Source of the DNA: an uncultured Phycisphaerales bacterium
Lineage (GTDB): Bacteria > Planctomycetota > Phycisphaerae > Tepidisphaerales > Tepidisphaeraceae
Direction: 5' to 3'
Length of the DNA: 64,000 nucleotides
Assembly (NCBI GenBank): GCA_963755915.1
Contig: CAVWLP010000002.1
Span: forward strand, 2,624,001-2,688,000
Shown: positions 30,359 to 40,183 of the stretch, one piece after another
Position numbering within the stretch: the stretch's first letter is position 1
Layout: each line of letters begins with the position of its first letter
The notes under the pieces: generated by a model
Databases searched by the model: none
Told to the model about the DNA's origin: nothing
Seen by the model: the letters and a program-made list of their open reading frames with translations, nothing else
Program-made: the position numbers and the translations under genes

Positions 30359-31246
30359 ATGCTTCAGAACGAGATCAAAATCACCAGTACGCTTACACTG
30401 AGCGAGTGTGGCTATGACGAGTTCTGGCTTCGAGACCGAATATACGAAGATCCAAGTATCCTGGGGCTTGGCGAGCTGCAGTCAGTCGCGAAAGAACTTA
30501 CACAAACGGCAGGCGGACGACTTGATCTTCTTCTGAAGGACCCTACGGACGACTCTATGTTCGAAGTCGAACTCCAGTTGGGTCCCACAAATGAAACTCA
30601 TATCATTCGGGCAATTGAGTACTGGGACAATGTAAAGAAGCAATGGCCAAGACGCAGCCACACCGCGGTTTTGGTCGCGGAGGAGATTACCGCCCGATTC
30701 TTTAATGTTGTTCATTTGCTCAGCATGGCGGTTCCCGTTATCGGTATTCAAGCCAATATCGTGCAGGTCGGCGATGCGAAGGCGCTCCATTTTACAAAGG
30801 TCATCGACTCCTACGAGGAGCAGGAGGAACAAGAGCCAGTGCAGCAGACCTACGACGAGAAGCACTGGGTTGACAACTACCCGGGAACACTCGAGTGCGC
30901 CAGATGGTATCGTGAGCTCTTGCAGCGATTTTATGGCGAGATTCCGACGAAGTATTTTGAATCCTACATATCCCTAACTCTCGGCGGAATTGCGCGAGTC
31001 TGGGTGAACAAGCGGAAGAACGACAGGGCTTTAATTGAGGTCAAATACGTGGGACAAGACATCAAAGAAGCGACAGATTACCTGAATAAACAGGGAATCG
31101 CGTTCGCGACGAGGGGCACAAAACATCTCAGTTTCAATGTCAACCTACAGCAATTGAAAGACAAGAAAACCGTACATGAGTGGATAGCGCAGAAACTTGC
31201 GCCCGCCTATCTCACACAAACGATTAGCCAGGGAGGGGGGGGGTAA
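30359..31246 (+). CDS. PD-(D/E)xK restriction-endonuclease-like (NucS-like) protein
   Basis: EFWLRDRI..P.ILG, RLDLLLKD, FEVELQLG, HIIRAIEYW, AVLVAEE; lower GC than neighbours. Confidence 0.6.
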   Translation: MLQNEIKITSTLTLSECGYDEFWLRDRIYEDPSILGLGELQSVAKELTQTAGGRLDLLLKDPTDDSMFEVELQLGPTNETHIIRAIEYWDNVKKQWPRRSHTAVLVAEEITARFFNVVHLLSMAVPVIGIQANIVQVGDAKALHFTKVIDSYEEQEEQEPVQQTYDEKHWVDNYPGTLECARWYRELLQRFYGEIPTKYFESYISLTLGGIARVWVNKRKNDRALIEVKYVGQDIKEATDYLNKQGIAFATRGTKHLSFNVNLQQLKDKKTVHEWIAQKLAPAYLTQTISQGGGG

Positions 31247-31360
31247 ATGAGACTTTCTGGGACACATTGGGACATTTTACAGAAAAGTGTCCTTCAGGAT
31301 GCTCAGAACGCGGTGATACTAAAGCTTAAAATACAAATTGTCCAATCGATCCTTCACCGC

Positions 31361-31389
31361 TTGGAAATGCAACCCCCTTTGAGTATAAT
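31361..31389 (+). promoter_or_regulatory. Sigma70 promoter for rplA-rplJ-rplL
   Basis: TTGGAA-N17-TATAAT. Confidence 0.7.
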
Positions 31390-31425
31390 CCCTGTTCTTT
31401 GATTTAAGGCCGGACCACGGGCCGT

Positions 31426-31464
31426 AACAGTGGGAGCTTCAGCGGGTGGCTTTTAACCGCTGTT
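31426..31464 (+). promoter_or_regulatory. Ribosomal protein L1 autoregulatory RNA site
   Basis: AACAGTGG-GAG...TTAA-CCGCTGTT stem with GGGAG asymmetric loop directly before the AGGAG RBS of rplA. Confidence 0.65.
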
Positions 31465-31481
31465 CAGGAGCGAATGAAGAC

Positions 31482-32180
31482 ATGCCTGTCATTGTCAAAA
31501 GATCCAAACGATATAAAGAGGCGGCGAAGAATGCTGTGGTTGATTTGTTGCCCATCGACAAGGGGATTGAAGTCCTCAAGTCGTTTCCGGCGACGAAGTT
31601 TGATCAGTCTGTGGAGCTGATTTTCTCACTGGGGATTGATGCGAAGCAGGCGGATCAGATGATTCGCGGGTCGATCTCTTTGCCGCACGGCGTGGGGAAG
31701 ACCAAGCGGGTAATCGCGTTTTGCCCTGACCATCTTGTGGCGACGGCGACGGCGGCGGGGGCGATTCGGGCCGGCGGGCAGGATCTCGTCCAGGCGATCG
31801 AGAAGGAGAATTTTACGGATTTTGATGTGGCCGTGGCGACGCCGGACATGATGCGGTTTGTGGGCCGGCTGGGAAAGGTGCTGGGGCCGAAGGGTTTGAT
31901 GCCGTCGCCGAAGGCGGGGACGGTGACGCCGGACGTGGCCTCGGCGGTGAAAGAATATGCGGCGGGGAAGATTGAGTTTCGCAATGACACGGGCGGGAAT
32001 GTTCATAGTGTCGTTGGGAAGATGAGCTTTGAGCCACAGAAACTGGCGGACAATATTCACGCGATGATGAATCAGATTCATCGGCTCAAGCCGCAGACGT
32101 CGAAGGGGGCGTATGTGAAGAAGATTGTTCTGAAAGGGTCGATGACGCCGGCGGTTTATCTGCAGGACGTGGCGCACTAG
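31482..32180 (+). CDS. rplA: 50S ribosomal protein L1
   Basis: KFDQSVE, LPHGVGK, LGKVLGPKGLMPSPKAGTV. Confidence 0.97.
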   Translation: MPVIVKRSKRYKEAAKNAVVDLLPIDKGIEVLKSFPATKFDQSVELIFSLGIDAKQADQMIRGSISLPHGVGKTKRVIAFCPDHLVATATAAGAIRAGGQDLVQAIEKENFTDFDVAVATPDMMRFVGRLGKVLGPKGLMPSPKAGTVTPDVASAVKEYAAGKIEFRNDTGGNVHSVVGKMSFEPQKLADNIHAMMNQIHRLKPQTSKGAYVKKIVLKGSMTPAVYLQDVAH

Positions 32181-32205
32181 ACGCAGCGCTTTAGAGGATT
32201 TTGTC

Positions 32206-32754
32206 ATGAGCAAAAAAGTAAAGAGCCTGATTGAGAAGGAACTGAACACGAAATTCAGCCCGCTGGACGGCGTGGCGGTCATCAGCCCGAAGGGAATCGA
32301 CGGGACGAAGACGAACCTGCTTCGGCGGAAGCTGCTGGAAAAGGGCGTGAAGATGACGGTCGTGAAGAACACGCTGGCGCGGCGCGCGGCGGCATCGACG
32401 AAGCTGAAAGGCTTCGAGGTGCTGCTGGATGGGCCCAGCGCCGTGATCTACGGCAAGGCAAGCGTGGCGACGATCGCGCGGATGCTGATCGAGGAGAAGA
32501 AAGCGGACGAGCGGATCGAGCTTCGCGGGGTCTTCTTCGACGGCGAAGTGTATGCCGGGCAGAAGGGCGTGGAGCAGGTGAGCAAACTGCCGACCCGCGA
32601 GGAGGCGATTGCACTGATCGTTGGGGCGATCCTTGGGCCGGGGCGGAAACTGGTCGGGGCGGTCAAGGGCCCGAGCGGGAAGATTGCTGGAATACTCAAG
32701 AGCATCGAGGAGAAAGCGGAGAAGTCGGCGGCGCCGGCAGCGGCAGGAGCGTAA
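32206..32754 (+). CDS. rplJ: 50S ribosomal protein L10
   Basis: VVKNTLARRA, SKLPTREE. Confidence 0.96.
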   Translation: MSKKVKSLIEKELNTKFSPLDGVAVISPKGIDGTKTNLLRRKLLEKGVKMTVVKNTLARRAAASTKLKGFEVLLDGPSAVIYGKASVATIARMLIEEKKADERIELRGVFFDGEVYAGQKGVEQVSKLPTREEAIALIVGAILGPGRKLVGAVKGPSGKIAGILKSIEEKAEKSAAPAAAGA

Positions 32755-32755
32755 G

Positions 32756-32808
32756 AAGCGCTCCTCTGCGGGACTTCGGCGAGCTCAGTCGAGCCGTCGC
32801 GGCTAAAC
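32756..32808. repeat. REP (AAGCGC..GG^GTCGCGGCTAAAC) carrying the 24-nt insert at 32772-32795
   Basis: Removing the insert gives a 29-nt unit colinear with the uninterrupted copy at 51347-51375. Confidence 0.8.
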
Positions 32809-32942
32809 AATATTGTTTGTGATCGCGTCTGACGGTGATTGATGTCCTTTATGGGTTAAATCTCCTCATTGTGAGGAGGGCATTGATGCGAGACGCAAAT
32901 CGACACGTTTTTTGGCCACGTTACGGCCGGGAGTGAATTGTC

Positions 32943-33341
32943 ATGGCAGAAGTATCTGAAAAAGTGAAGACGCTTGCGGACCAGGTGGTTGGGCTGACGC
33001 TGAAGGAAGCGGTGGAGTTCAGCGCGTATGTCAAGGAAGCGTACGGCATCGAGCCGGCGGCGGGCGGGGTGGCAATGATGGCCGCGCCCGGCGGCGGCGG
33101 CGCGGCGGCTGCGGCGCCGGCGGAGGAGAAGACGACGTTTGACGTCATCCTCAAGGCCGCGGGCGACAAGAAGATCAATGTCATCAAGGTCGTCCGCACG
33201 GCGACGAATCTTGGGCTGAAGGAAGCCAAGGATCTGGTCGAGGGCGCGCCGAAGACGGTGAAGGAAGCGCTGCCCAAGGCGGATGCTGACAAGCTTAAGA
33301 AGGAGCTTGAGGAGCAGGGTGCGCAGGTCGAGCTGAAGTAA
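32943..33341 (+). CDS. rplL: 50S ribosomal protein L7/L12
   Basis: [33 protein letters not shown]. Confidence 0.97.
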   Translation: MAEVSEKVKTLADQVVGLTLKEAVEFSAYVKEAYGIEPAAGGVAMMAAPGGGGAAAAAPAEEKTTFDVILKAAGDKKINVIKVVRTATNLGLKEAKDLVEGAPKTVKEALPKADADKLKKELEEQGAQVELK

Positions 33342-33372
33342 TTTCGGATTTGAGATTTCAGATTTGAGATTT
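33341..33372. repeat. 7-mer tandem repeat ATTT(C/G)(A/G)G
   Basis: atttcgg atttgag atttcag atttgag attt. Confidence 0.6.
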
Positions 33373-33387
33373 GCGCGAAGCCCCGGA

Positions 33388-34991
33388 TTAATTTCCGGGG
33401 CTTTGCTCGTTGTGGGGGCTGTCGCTGGTGGAGATCTTTGGATCGGTTTTCTGGCCGCGGTGGAGGGAGATGTTGCGGAATTCGATCCACTGGTTGAAGG
33501 GCCGCGATTCGAGCCGCCACTGGCGGATCAAGTGCGGCGCGAGAACGATGGAATATTGGCTCATCGTGCCCGCGCCGTTGGAGACCATGTTGCCGAATTC
33601 GGCGACGGTCTCGCGGCCGGAATAATCGATGGCGACCAGGCGAACATCCTCCCTGGTGATTTTCCCCATCATTCCGACAACGATATTGGTTTTCCCCCGA
33701 TCCTGGTAAACGGCGCTGAAGAGGAATTGACCGCCAGGCCCGCCCTCGGCGGTCTGCCCCGTGCCCTCGGCGGTGGCCAGGGTTTGCCACGGGCCGGCGG
33801 CGATGCGGGCGCGAATCGCGCCGCTGCCGTTTGTGTTGGGCAATTCCGTTGCGACGGTTTCGGAGCCGGGGAGATTGCTGCTGCCCGAATAGCTGACGCT
33901 GCCATGGTCGAGAAACCACTGGACGGTGGCGGGTTCGGAGGAGCCGTGGGTGACGGGGTTGACCTTGACGACGATTTCGCGGGCGATGTCGCCGGGGTTT
34001 ACGGAGAGTGCCTGGACGTTTGTGTGGAGATCAGAGTTAAGTGGATCGCCGTCGATTTGCCACCACAGGCTGCCGGAAGACGGATTTTCGTTGATGCCGA
34101 CAATCTCGACGGAGACGCCATTGGAAAGTTGACCAATGGCAGGGGATGAGGATTGGTCAACAGCCGCGGGGGGTGGGGGAGGAGGCGGCGGGAGAGTGGA
34201 ATCGGTTTGATCGGCGAGAAGCTTGAACCCGCCGATGCCGACGCCCGTTGCGGCGGTCAGCGCGACCATGAGAAGGAAGGCCGCTGCGACTTTTTGCCAG
34301 GTAAGCATGTGGAGAACTCCTTTTGCGATGGCCGAGGCGGCGGGCGAAGCGGTGCCGCTGACGGCGGAGAGGGTGGCGCTGCGCGCGAGCGCGGCGGGCG
34401 CCGTGGTTCGGGGAATCTGATCGAGAATGACGGCCAGCGAAACGGCCGGCGAAATGGCGCTCTTTCGCAGCAGAATTTTTCGCAGGCGGTGGATGGCGCG
34501 GGAGATTCGCTTCACGGCGGCCTGCTGGGAGATTTGCAGAAGCTCGGCGGTCTCGGTGTTGGATTTGTCCTGGAGATATCGGAGGGTGAGGGCGGAGCGG
34601 TCGGACTCGCTGAGCTGGGCGATGGCGCGGTCGAGATGGGGGGAAACGGTTTCGAGCTGGGCATTCATATCCGGCTCCGTCGAGGTGGGGGCCAGGGAGG
34701 CGGCAAGATGTTCATGGCGTTTTCGGCGGCCTTCGATCTTGGCGGCGTCGAGGCTGGCGAGATGGGTGGTTTTCATGATCCAGCCAGCGAGGGAATCGCG
34801 GTTTTGGAGCTTGTGGGCTTTTCGGGCGAGAATGATGAAGACGGCCTGGCAGACGTCCTCGGCCTGCTGGGGATTGTGAAGTTGACGGCAGGCGGCGGCG
34901 TAGACGGCGTCCATATGCGCCCGACGATCTCGGCGAAGGCCTCCTGCGAGCGGGTTTCGATGAATTTCTGGAGCAATTCGCGGTCGAGCAT
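33388..34991 (-). CDS. ECF sigma-70 factor with TM helix and extracytoplasmic C-terminal extension (frameshift near 34918)
   Basis: DRELLQKF..SQEAFAEIV, AEDVCQAVFIILARKA, LAGWI, LDRAIAQL..DRSALTLRYL, AVKRISRA; TM VAAAFLLMVALTAATGVGIG. Confidence 0.88.
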
Positions 34992-35059
34992 GGCTGTTCT
35001 CAATATACCCGGACGGCCAAGAGGGTAATTGGACAGCTAAAATTCCGACGGGAATGGAT

Positions 35060-35391
35060 TCAGCGGGTGATATAGATTGCGCCGGATTCGACGGTGAGTT
35101 CGACGCCGGCGGCCTTGGCGGCTTCCTGGAGGGCGGCGTCGAGCATGACGATCGGGATCGGGCCTGACGTCCAGCCGGCGCATGAGGCCTTCGCCTTTTT
35201 TGTCGCCGGCGGTGAGGGTGATCTTCAGGCCGCGGCGTTTGCATTTGACTGGCGTGCCGTCTTCGAGCTTGGTGTTCATCGGTTTGACATAGGCGTCGAC
35301 GAAATGGACGCCGATGCCGGATTTGTCTTCGGTTTTGCGGCGGGAGCTTTTCGCGGGCGGCGGGATTGAGGTCGCAGAGTTTGGTTTTCAT
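35060..35391 (-). CDS. Small hypothetical protein, last gene of the corrinoid operon (frameshifts)
   Basis: MKTKLCDL...LEDGTPVKCKRRGLKITL; ATG overlaps the upstream stop. Confidence 0.55.
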
Positions 35392-36305
35392 ATTTTCACT
35401 TCCAGATATTGATCGATCGCTTTTCGGAACGAGGCGGATGTGGTCGGGGGTTGAGCCGCAGCAGGCGCCGATGATGTTGGCGCCGGCTTCGAGCAGGGGC
35501 ACGACGCCGGCCGACCATCTGCTCGGGCGATTCGTCGTAGAACGACTTTCATGTTGACCAGCTTGGGCTGGCCGGCGTTGGGCTGGACCATGACGGGGAG
35601 ATCGGTGGCTTTTTTGTATCGCTCGACGGCGGTTTCGCGCGCGGTTCATGTCCATGCCGGTGCCGCAGTTGAGGGCGACGATGTCGGCGCCGCGGTCCTG
35701 CATGAATTCGGCGGCGCGCTCGGGGTCGATGCCCATCATGGTGCGGAAGGTGGAGCCGTCGAGGGTCACGTCGTAGGCCATCGAGCCGATGATGCAGGGC
35801 GCGCCGGCTTCTTGGCGGCGTCGATGGCGAGGCGCAGTTCTTCCAAAGACGTTTGCGTTTCGATGATGATGGCGTCGGCACCGGCGTCGACCAGGGCTTT
35901 GGCTTGTTCGTTGAAGGCGGCGCGGACCTGGGCTTCGGTGAAATCGCCGTAAGGCTCCATCAGGCCGCCGAAGGGTCCGATGTCGCCGATGACATAGCCG
36001 GGGCGATTGCCGAACGCCTGGCGGGCGATTTCGACGGCGGCTTGGTTGATCTCGACGACTTTGCCCGCGTTGCCGTGGCGGTTGAGCATGATGCGCGGCT
36101 GCCGCCGAAGGTGTTGGTGAGAATGCAATCGGACCCGGCGTCGGCGTAGCGGCGCTGGATGGCGAGGACTTTTTCGGGATGGGTGAGGTTCCAGGCTTCG
36201 CCGCAGTTTCCCTGGACGAGGCCGGCGAACATGAGCTGCGTGCCCATGGCGCCGTCGCCGAGCAGCGGGCGGTCCGCAATTGCCTCGGAGGAGAGTTGGT
36301 TTCAT
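35388..36305 (-). CDS. Homocysteine S-methyltransferase domain protein (stand-alone MetH Hcy module; frameshifts)
   Basis: DGAMGTQL, AGSDCILTNTFG, GDIGPFG, GADAIIIET, ALNCG, QPNAG, IIGACCG. Confidence 0.9.
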
Positions 36306-36316
36306 GTTTGTGCTGC

Positions 36317-37608
36317 CTATTGCCGCGTGCTCGCGGCGGCGGATTTTTCCTGCTGCACCAGGGCGAAATGAATCGTTTCGAGAACCAGGCCCCATTTGTG
36401 TTTCCGGCTGGCGGGCTCGCAATAGCAGCCGGCGCCGGTGTTCGGGCGCTGCCAGGAGAGCACGTCGTTGAGGGGGTGGCCGAGGAGCGGTTTTTCGTGA
36501 TCGATCGCGACCATCAGGTGCTCGGCGTTGGCCATGTATTGGCACATAAACGTGTGGCCGTCATCGCCCGGGGCGGGCTCGCAATGGAGCTTCCGAATGG
36601 GATATCCCTCTTGCGCGGGCCGAGGAGGAGATGGTAGTGAAAGTAAGATCGCCCGGCCCATGTTGCTGCAGGTGGTGCCTTCGTAGCGGAAGAGAGCTTC
36701 GATGGTGCCATCGGCGTGGTGCGTCGAGCGTCAGGCGCTCGTCGGCCCAGCGGGAAAGGGCTTTGGCGTTCACGACGTACTTGGCGTTGTGATCGAGACC
36801 GACTGGGGCCGGGGGGACCTCGTCGGCGGCATTTCGGATTGTCAAGGCCCAACGTGTTGGAATATTCGGATACCCGCCGTACGGGACGCGGCGATACTGG
36901 CAGGGATTGAAGCGAGCAATTTTCGCAGGGGATCAGGTCGGTGAGACGGCCGGACGCGCTCGGTGTGATTGGTCAGTCCGAAGACGGCGAGCAGCGATTT
37001 CTTGGGCCGCAGCATTCCGGAATCGAGCACTTCGATGGCGCTGGGGGCTTTGTCGCCGTCGCGCTGCGATCAGATTCAGGAGGCGGGGCTGCTCGGAAAT
37101 ATCCCACTCGCGGATAGCCGGGGCTGTAGTGCGGGAGAACCGCCATTCCCGCGGCTTTCGGCCCAGGCGCAGAGCCGTGCGCCCGTCATGGTCATCAGAT
37201 GTTCGACAACGGCCGAGCCGAAGATTTCCAGGAAGAAATATTCGTCGGGCTTTTCATTCGGCCACAGCCTTTGTGCTTCGTACTTCAAGTTCCGGGCCGG
37301 CGCTGACGGCGACGAGAATGGCGCTGTGCGCCTGCGGCATCGAGCAGAGTTTTCTGGAGGCGTTTGCTGGTGAAGGAAACGCCGTCGATGGTGATCGAGC
37401 CGTTGGTGATGCGGAGTGCATTCGCATTGCGCGGGCGTAAACCCAGGGCTGGCCGTTGTTGGCATACCAGTGGCGCGCCCAGTCGGCGAGTTCGCGGGCG
37501 CGGCCTTCGAGGACGACATCGCCGGGGATAGCCCAGCAGCCGCTTATATTCAGCGGGCTGAACATTGATGTCCGGAAATGCGTCGAGCAATTCGATCATT
37601 GCGTTCAT
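36317..37608 (-). CDS. B12-dependent methionine synthase activation-domain-like protein with a Cys/His-rich C-terminal domain (several frameshifts; possibly two genes)
   Basis: EYKRLLGYP, VAVSAGPELE, FFLEIFGSAVVE, SGMLRPKKSLLAVFG, CENC..CQYRR, GCYC...HKW. Confidence 0.65.
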
Positions 37609-39275
37609 GCCGACACCTGGGTTCGACGTCTCGACGGGTTTGAACTGGCATCCCTCGACGAAGAAATCGAAGAATCGGGGATGGGTTTCCAGCCGGCAGT
37701 GCTCCACATTTTTGACCAGCTGTTCCAGTTCGGCGCGTTTGGATTCGGAGAGCAGGGCGATGGCCGCCCCTTCGATGGCGGCGTTGCCGACCTGGACGAT
37801 TTTCGAGTCGGGCAGATTGGGAATCAGCCCGATGCGGCGGGCGGCTTCGACGTTGAAGTGCCGCCCGAAGCCACCGGCGAGATAGAAGACGTCGATATCG
37901 TCGAAATCGACGCCGTAATTGCTGAAAGACCGTTTGCAGTCCCGCGACGTTGGCGCCCTTGGCCTGAGCCAGTTCGTTGACGTCGCTTTCGAGGAAGTAG
38001 ATGTCGTGCGGCGTCGTCGAGGGTGATGCGCGATTCGCCGTCGTTCGAAGCGGCCCAGTTCGTTCATGCGGCCGGTGCGGAGCAGTTCGCTCAGGAGATC
38101 GATCAGGCCGGAGCCGCAGATGCCCTGCGGCGTGCCGCTCCGATGACGCCGAGATGGAAACGCGCCGTCGTCGTCGATGTTGATATCTTCGATCGCGCCG
38201 TCGAGTGCGGGCATGCCGCAGGAGATCGCGCCGCCTTCAAACGCCGGGCCGGCGGGGCAGGATGCGGCGAGGATGCGGTCGCTGGTTGCCGAGGATCAAG
38301 CTCGGTATTGGTGCCGATGTCCATGATGGCGACCAGGCGATCTTCGTTCGCGAGATCGACCGCCAGCATGCAGGCCGCGGCGTCGGCGCCGACGTGGCCG
38401 CTGATGATCGGGTGCGCCGTAAACGCGCGCTTTGGGATGGATCGGAAGCAGGCAGCGGCGGCCGGTGTCGGTCAGGCTGGTGGTGGTGCGTTTGCCCTCG
38501 GCCATTTCGATTTCGGTGATGGAGCGATAGGGATTCTGGCCGATGGAGTAGACGTTCTGGCGGAAGAAGAGATCGCGCATGGTGGAGTTGCCGACGACGA
38601 CCATTTCGTAAATGGTTTTGGGATCGACGGGGAATTCTTCGATGGCGTGGGTGAGATATCCGGCGAGCGTGCGCATCAGCAGCTTGGCCGCGTTGTTGCG
38701 TGTCGTAGAAGATGCGCGACATCACGTCCGAGCCGCCGAAACGCTGCGGATTTTCGAACGAGGCGTCGGCGACGAGATCGCCGGTTTCCAGGTTGATAGA
38801 GCCGAAGGACGACGGTCGTGGTGCCGAGGTCCATGGCGATGCCGTGAATCGGGCCGGTGGAGCGGTCGATTTCCTGACCGTCGATGAGGATGCGATCGCC
38901 GTCGCGGGTGACGGCCGGGATCGAGGACCATTTTGCAGGTCGCCGGCGGCAGGCCGAAGGCGCTGCGCTCGATGCGCATCTGCCCGCGGCGCATGGTGTG
39001 GCAGCGGATCTTCGCCGGCGTCGGAAGTCGACGTGTGTCTGGCAGGAGAGGCGGAAATTGCCCTTGAGATGTCTCTCCTGCGTCGGTGGGCGGCGAGAGA
39101 CAATCCATTCCCTGCGACGATCTCCACCAGGCATTCCTTGCACTTGCCCTGTTTCTGGCAGGAGGTGGGGACCTTGACGCCCAGCCTGCTCGGCGAAATC
39201 GAAGAGGGACGGCCCCGGCGCGGCCGGGGTCGATATTCCGTTGATGGTCAGCAACAAGGCCATCGACGCACCCAT
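37605..39275 (-). CDS. ASKHA-domain corrinoid reductive activator (RACo/RamA-like, DUF4445) with N-terminal 2Fe-2S domain (frameshifts)
   Basis: RLSCQ, MDLGTTT, NPQRFGGSDVMSRI, VGNSTM, DIGTNTE, GICGSG, LAGGFG, GNAAIEGA. Confidence 0.9.
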
Positions 39276-39277
39276 TC

Positions 39278-39535
39278 TTACCATTCGTGTTTGGCCTCGA
39301 GCTCGGCCTTTACCGCAGCGGCAACATCCCGGGCGGAGCCGGCCGGTCTTCTTCGTCGCTCCATCGCCACTGGGCGAGATAGTCGTCGGCATTTTGCAGG
39401 CCGCGCTGGTGGGCCAACTGGTCGATCCGCTCCATGAAGCGCGGGGCAAGCTCGAGGCTGAACCTCGTCGCCGCCTTCCTCGGCGCTGATCTGGGAAGGA
39501 ATTTCCTGCCAGTAGAGGATTTTGAAGGTGGCCAT
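39278..39535 (-). CDS. Virulence_fact (Cvf-like) small protein associated with corrinoid clusters
   Basis: ILYWQEIPSQI; LAPRFMERIDQLA..DYLAQW. Confidence 0.75.
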   Translation of the reverse strand: MATFKILYWQEIPSQISAEEGGDEVQPRACPALHGADRPVGPPARPAKCRRLSRPVAMERRRRPAGSARDVAAAVKAELEAKHEW

Positions 39536-39541
39536 CGGTGT

Positions 39542-40183
39542 TCAATTCCTTTTCGCCAGCCGCAGGAAGAGATCGACGGCTGAGGAGGCGTTTTGTCCGT
39601 AGCCATCCGCGCCGATTTCATCGGCGAACATCTGGCTGATGGGCGCGCCGCCAACGGCCATTTTGATCTGTCCGCGGCCGGCGGCTTTGAAGCCGTCGAT
39701 GACCGTTTTCATGTAGGTCATGGTGGTGGTGAGCAGCGCGCTCATGCCGATGATCGTCGGATTGCACTTGTCGGCGGCGGCCATGAATTTTTCGACGCTC
39801 TGATCGACGCCGATGTCGTGGACTTCAAAGCCCGCGCCCTCGGCCATCATGCAGACGAGATTTTTGCCGATGTCGTGCAGGTCGCCGCGGACGGTGCCCA
39901 TGAGCAGGACGCCGGTGCGGTCGTCGCCTCTGCCTTGGCGCTGAGCAGCGGCTTGAGGACGGCCATGCCGGCTTTCATGGCGCGGGCGGCGATCAGCACC
40001 TCCGGCACATAGAGAATATTGTGCTTGAAATCTTCGCCGACGACGCTCATGCCGGCGATCAGGCCGTCGGTGAGAACTTCCTGGACCGCGCCGGCCTTCG
40101 GCCAGGGCGTCCTTGGTCATCTGCTCGACTTCCTTGGCTTTGCCTTCGTAGAGGCATTGATTCATCAGGGCGTAGTCGATCAT
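39542..40183 (-). CDS. Cobalamin-binding corrinoid protein (MtbC/MetH B12 module; frameshifts)
   Basis: YVPEVLIAARAMKAG, GTVRGDLHDIGKNLV (DxHxxG), MSALLTTT, VGGAP. Confidence 0.93.
   Translation of the reverse strand: MIDYALMNQCLYEGKAKEVEQMTKDALAEGRRGPGSSHRRPDRRHERRRRRFQAQYSLCAGGADRRPRHESRHGRPQAAAQRQGRGDDRTGVLLMGTVRGDLHDIGKNLVCMMAEGAGFEVHDIGVDQSVEKFMAAADKCNPTIIGMSALLTTTMTYMKTVIDGFKAAGRGQIKMAVGGAPISQMFADEIGADGYGQNASSAVDLFLRLAKRN

Noticed and set aside
33388-36279. 963-aa ORF as one fusion protein
   Set aside because: It is a chance concatenation of shifted frames from three genes (homocysteine methyltransferase, small ORF, ECF sigma).
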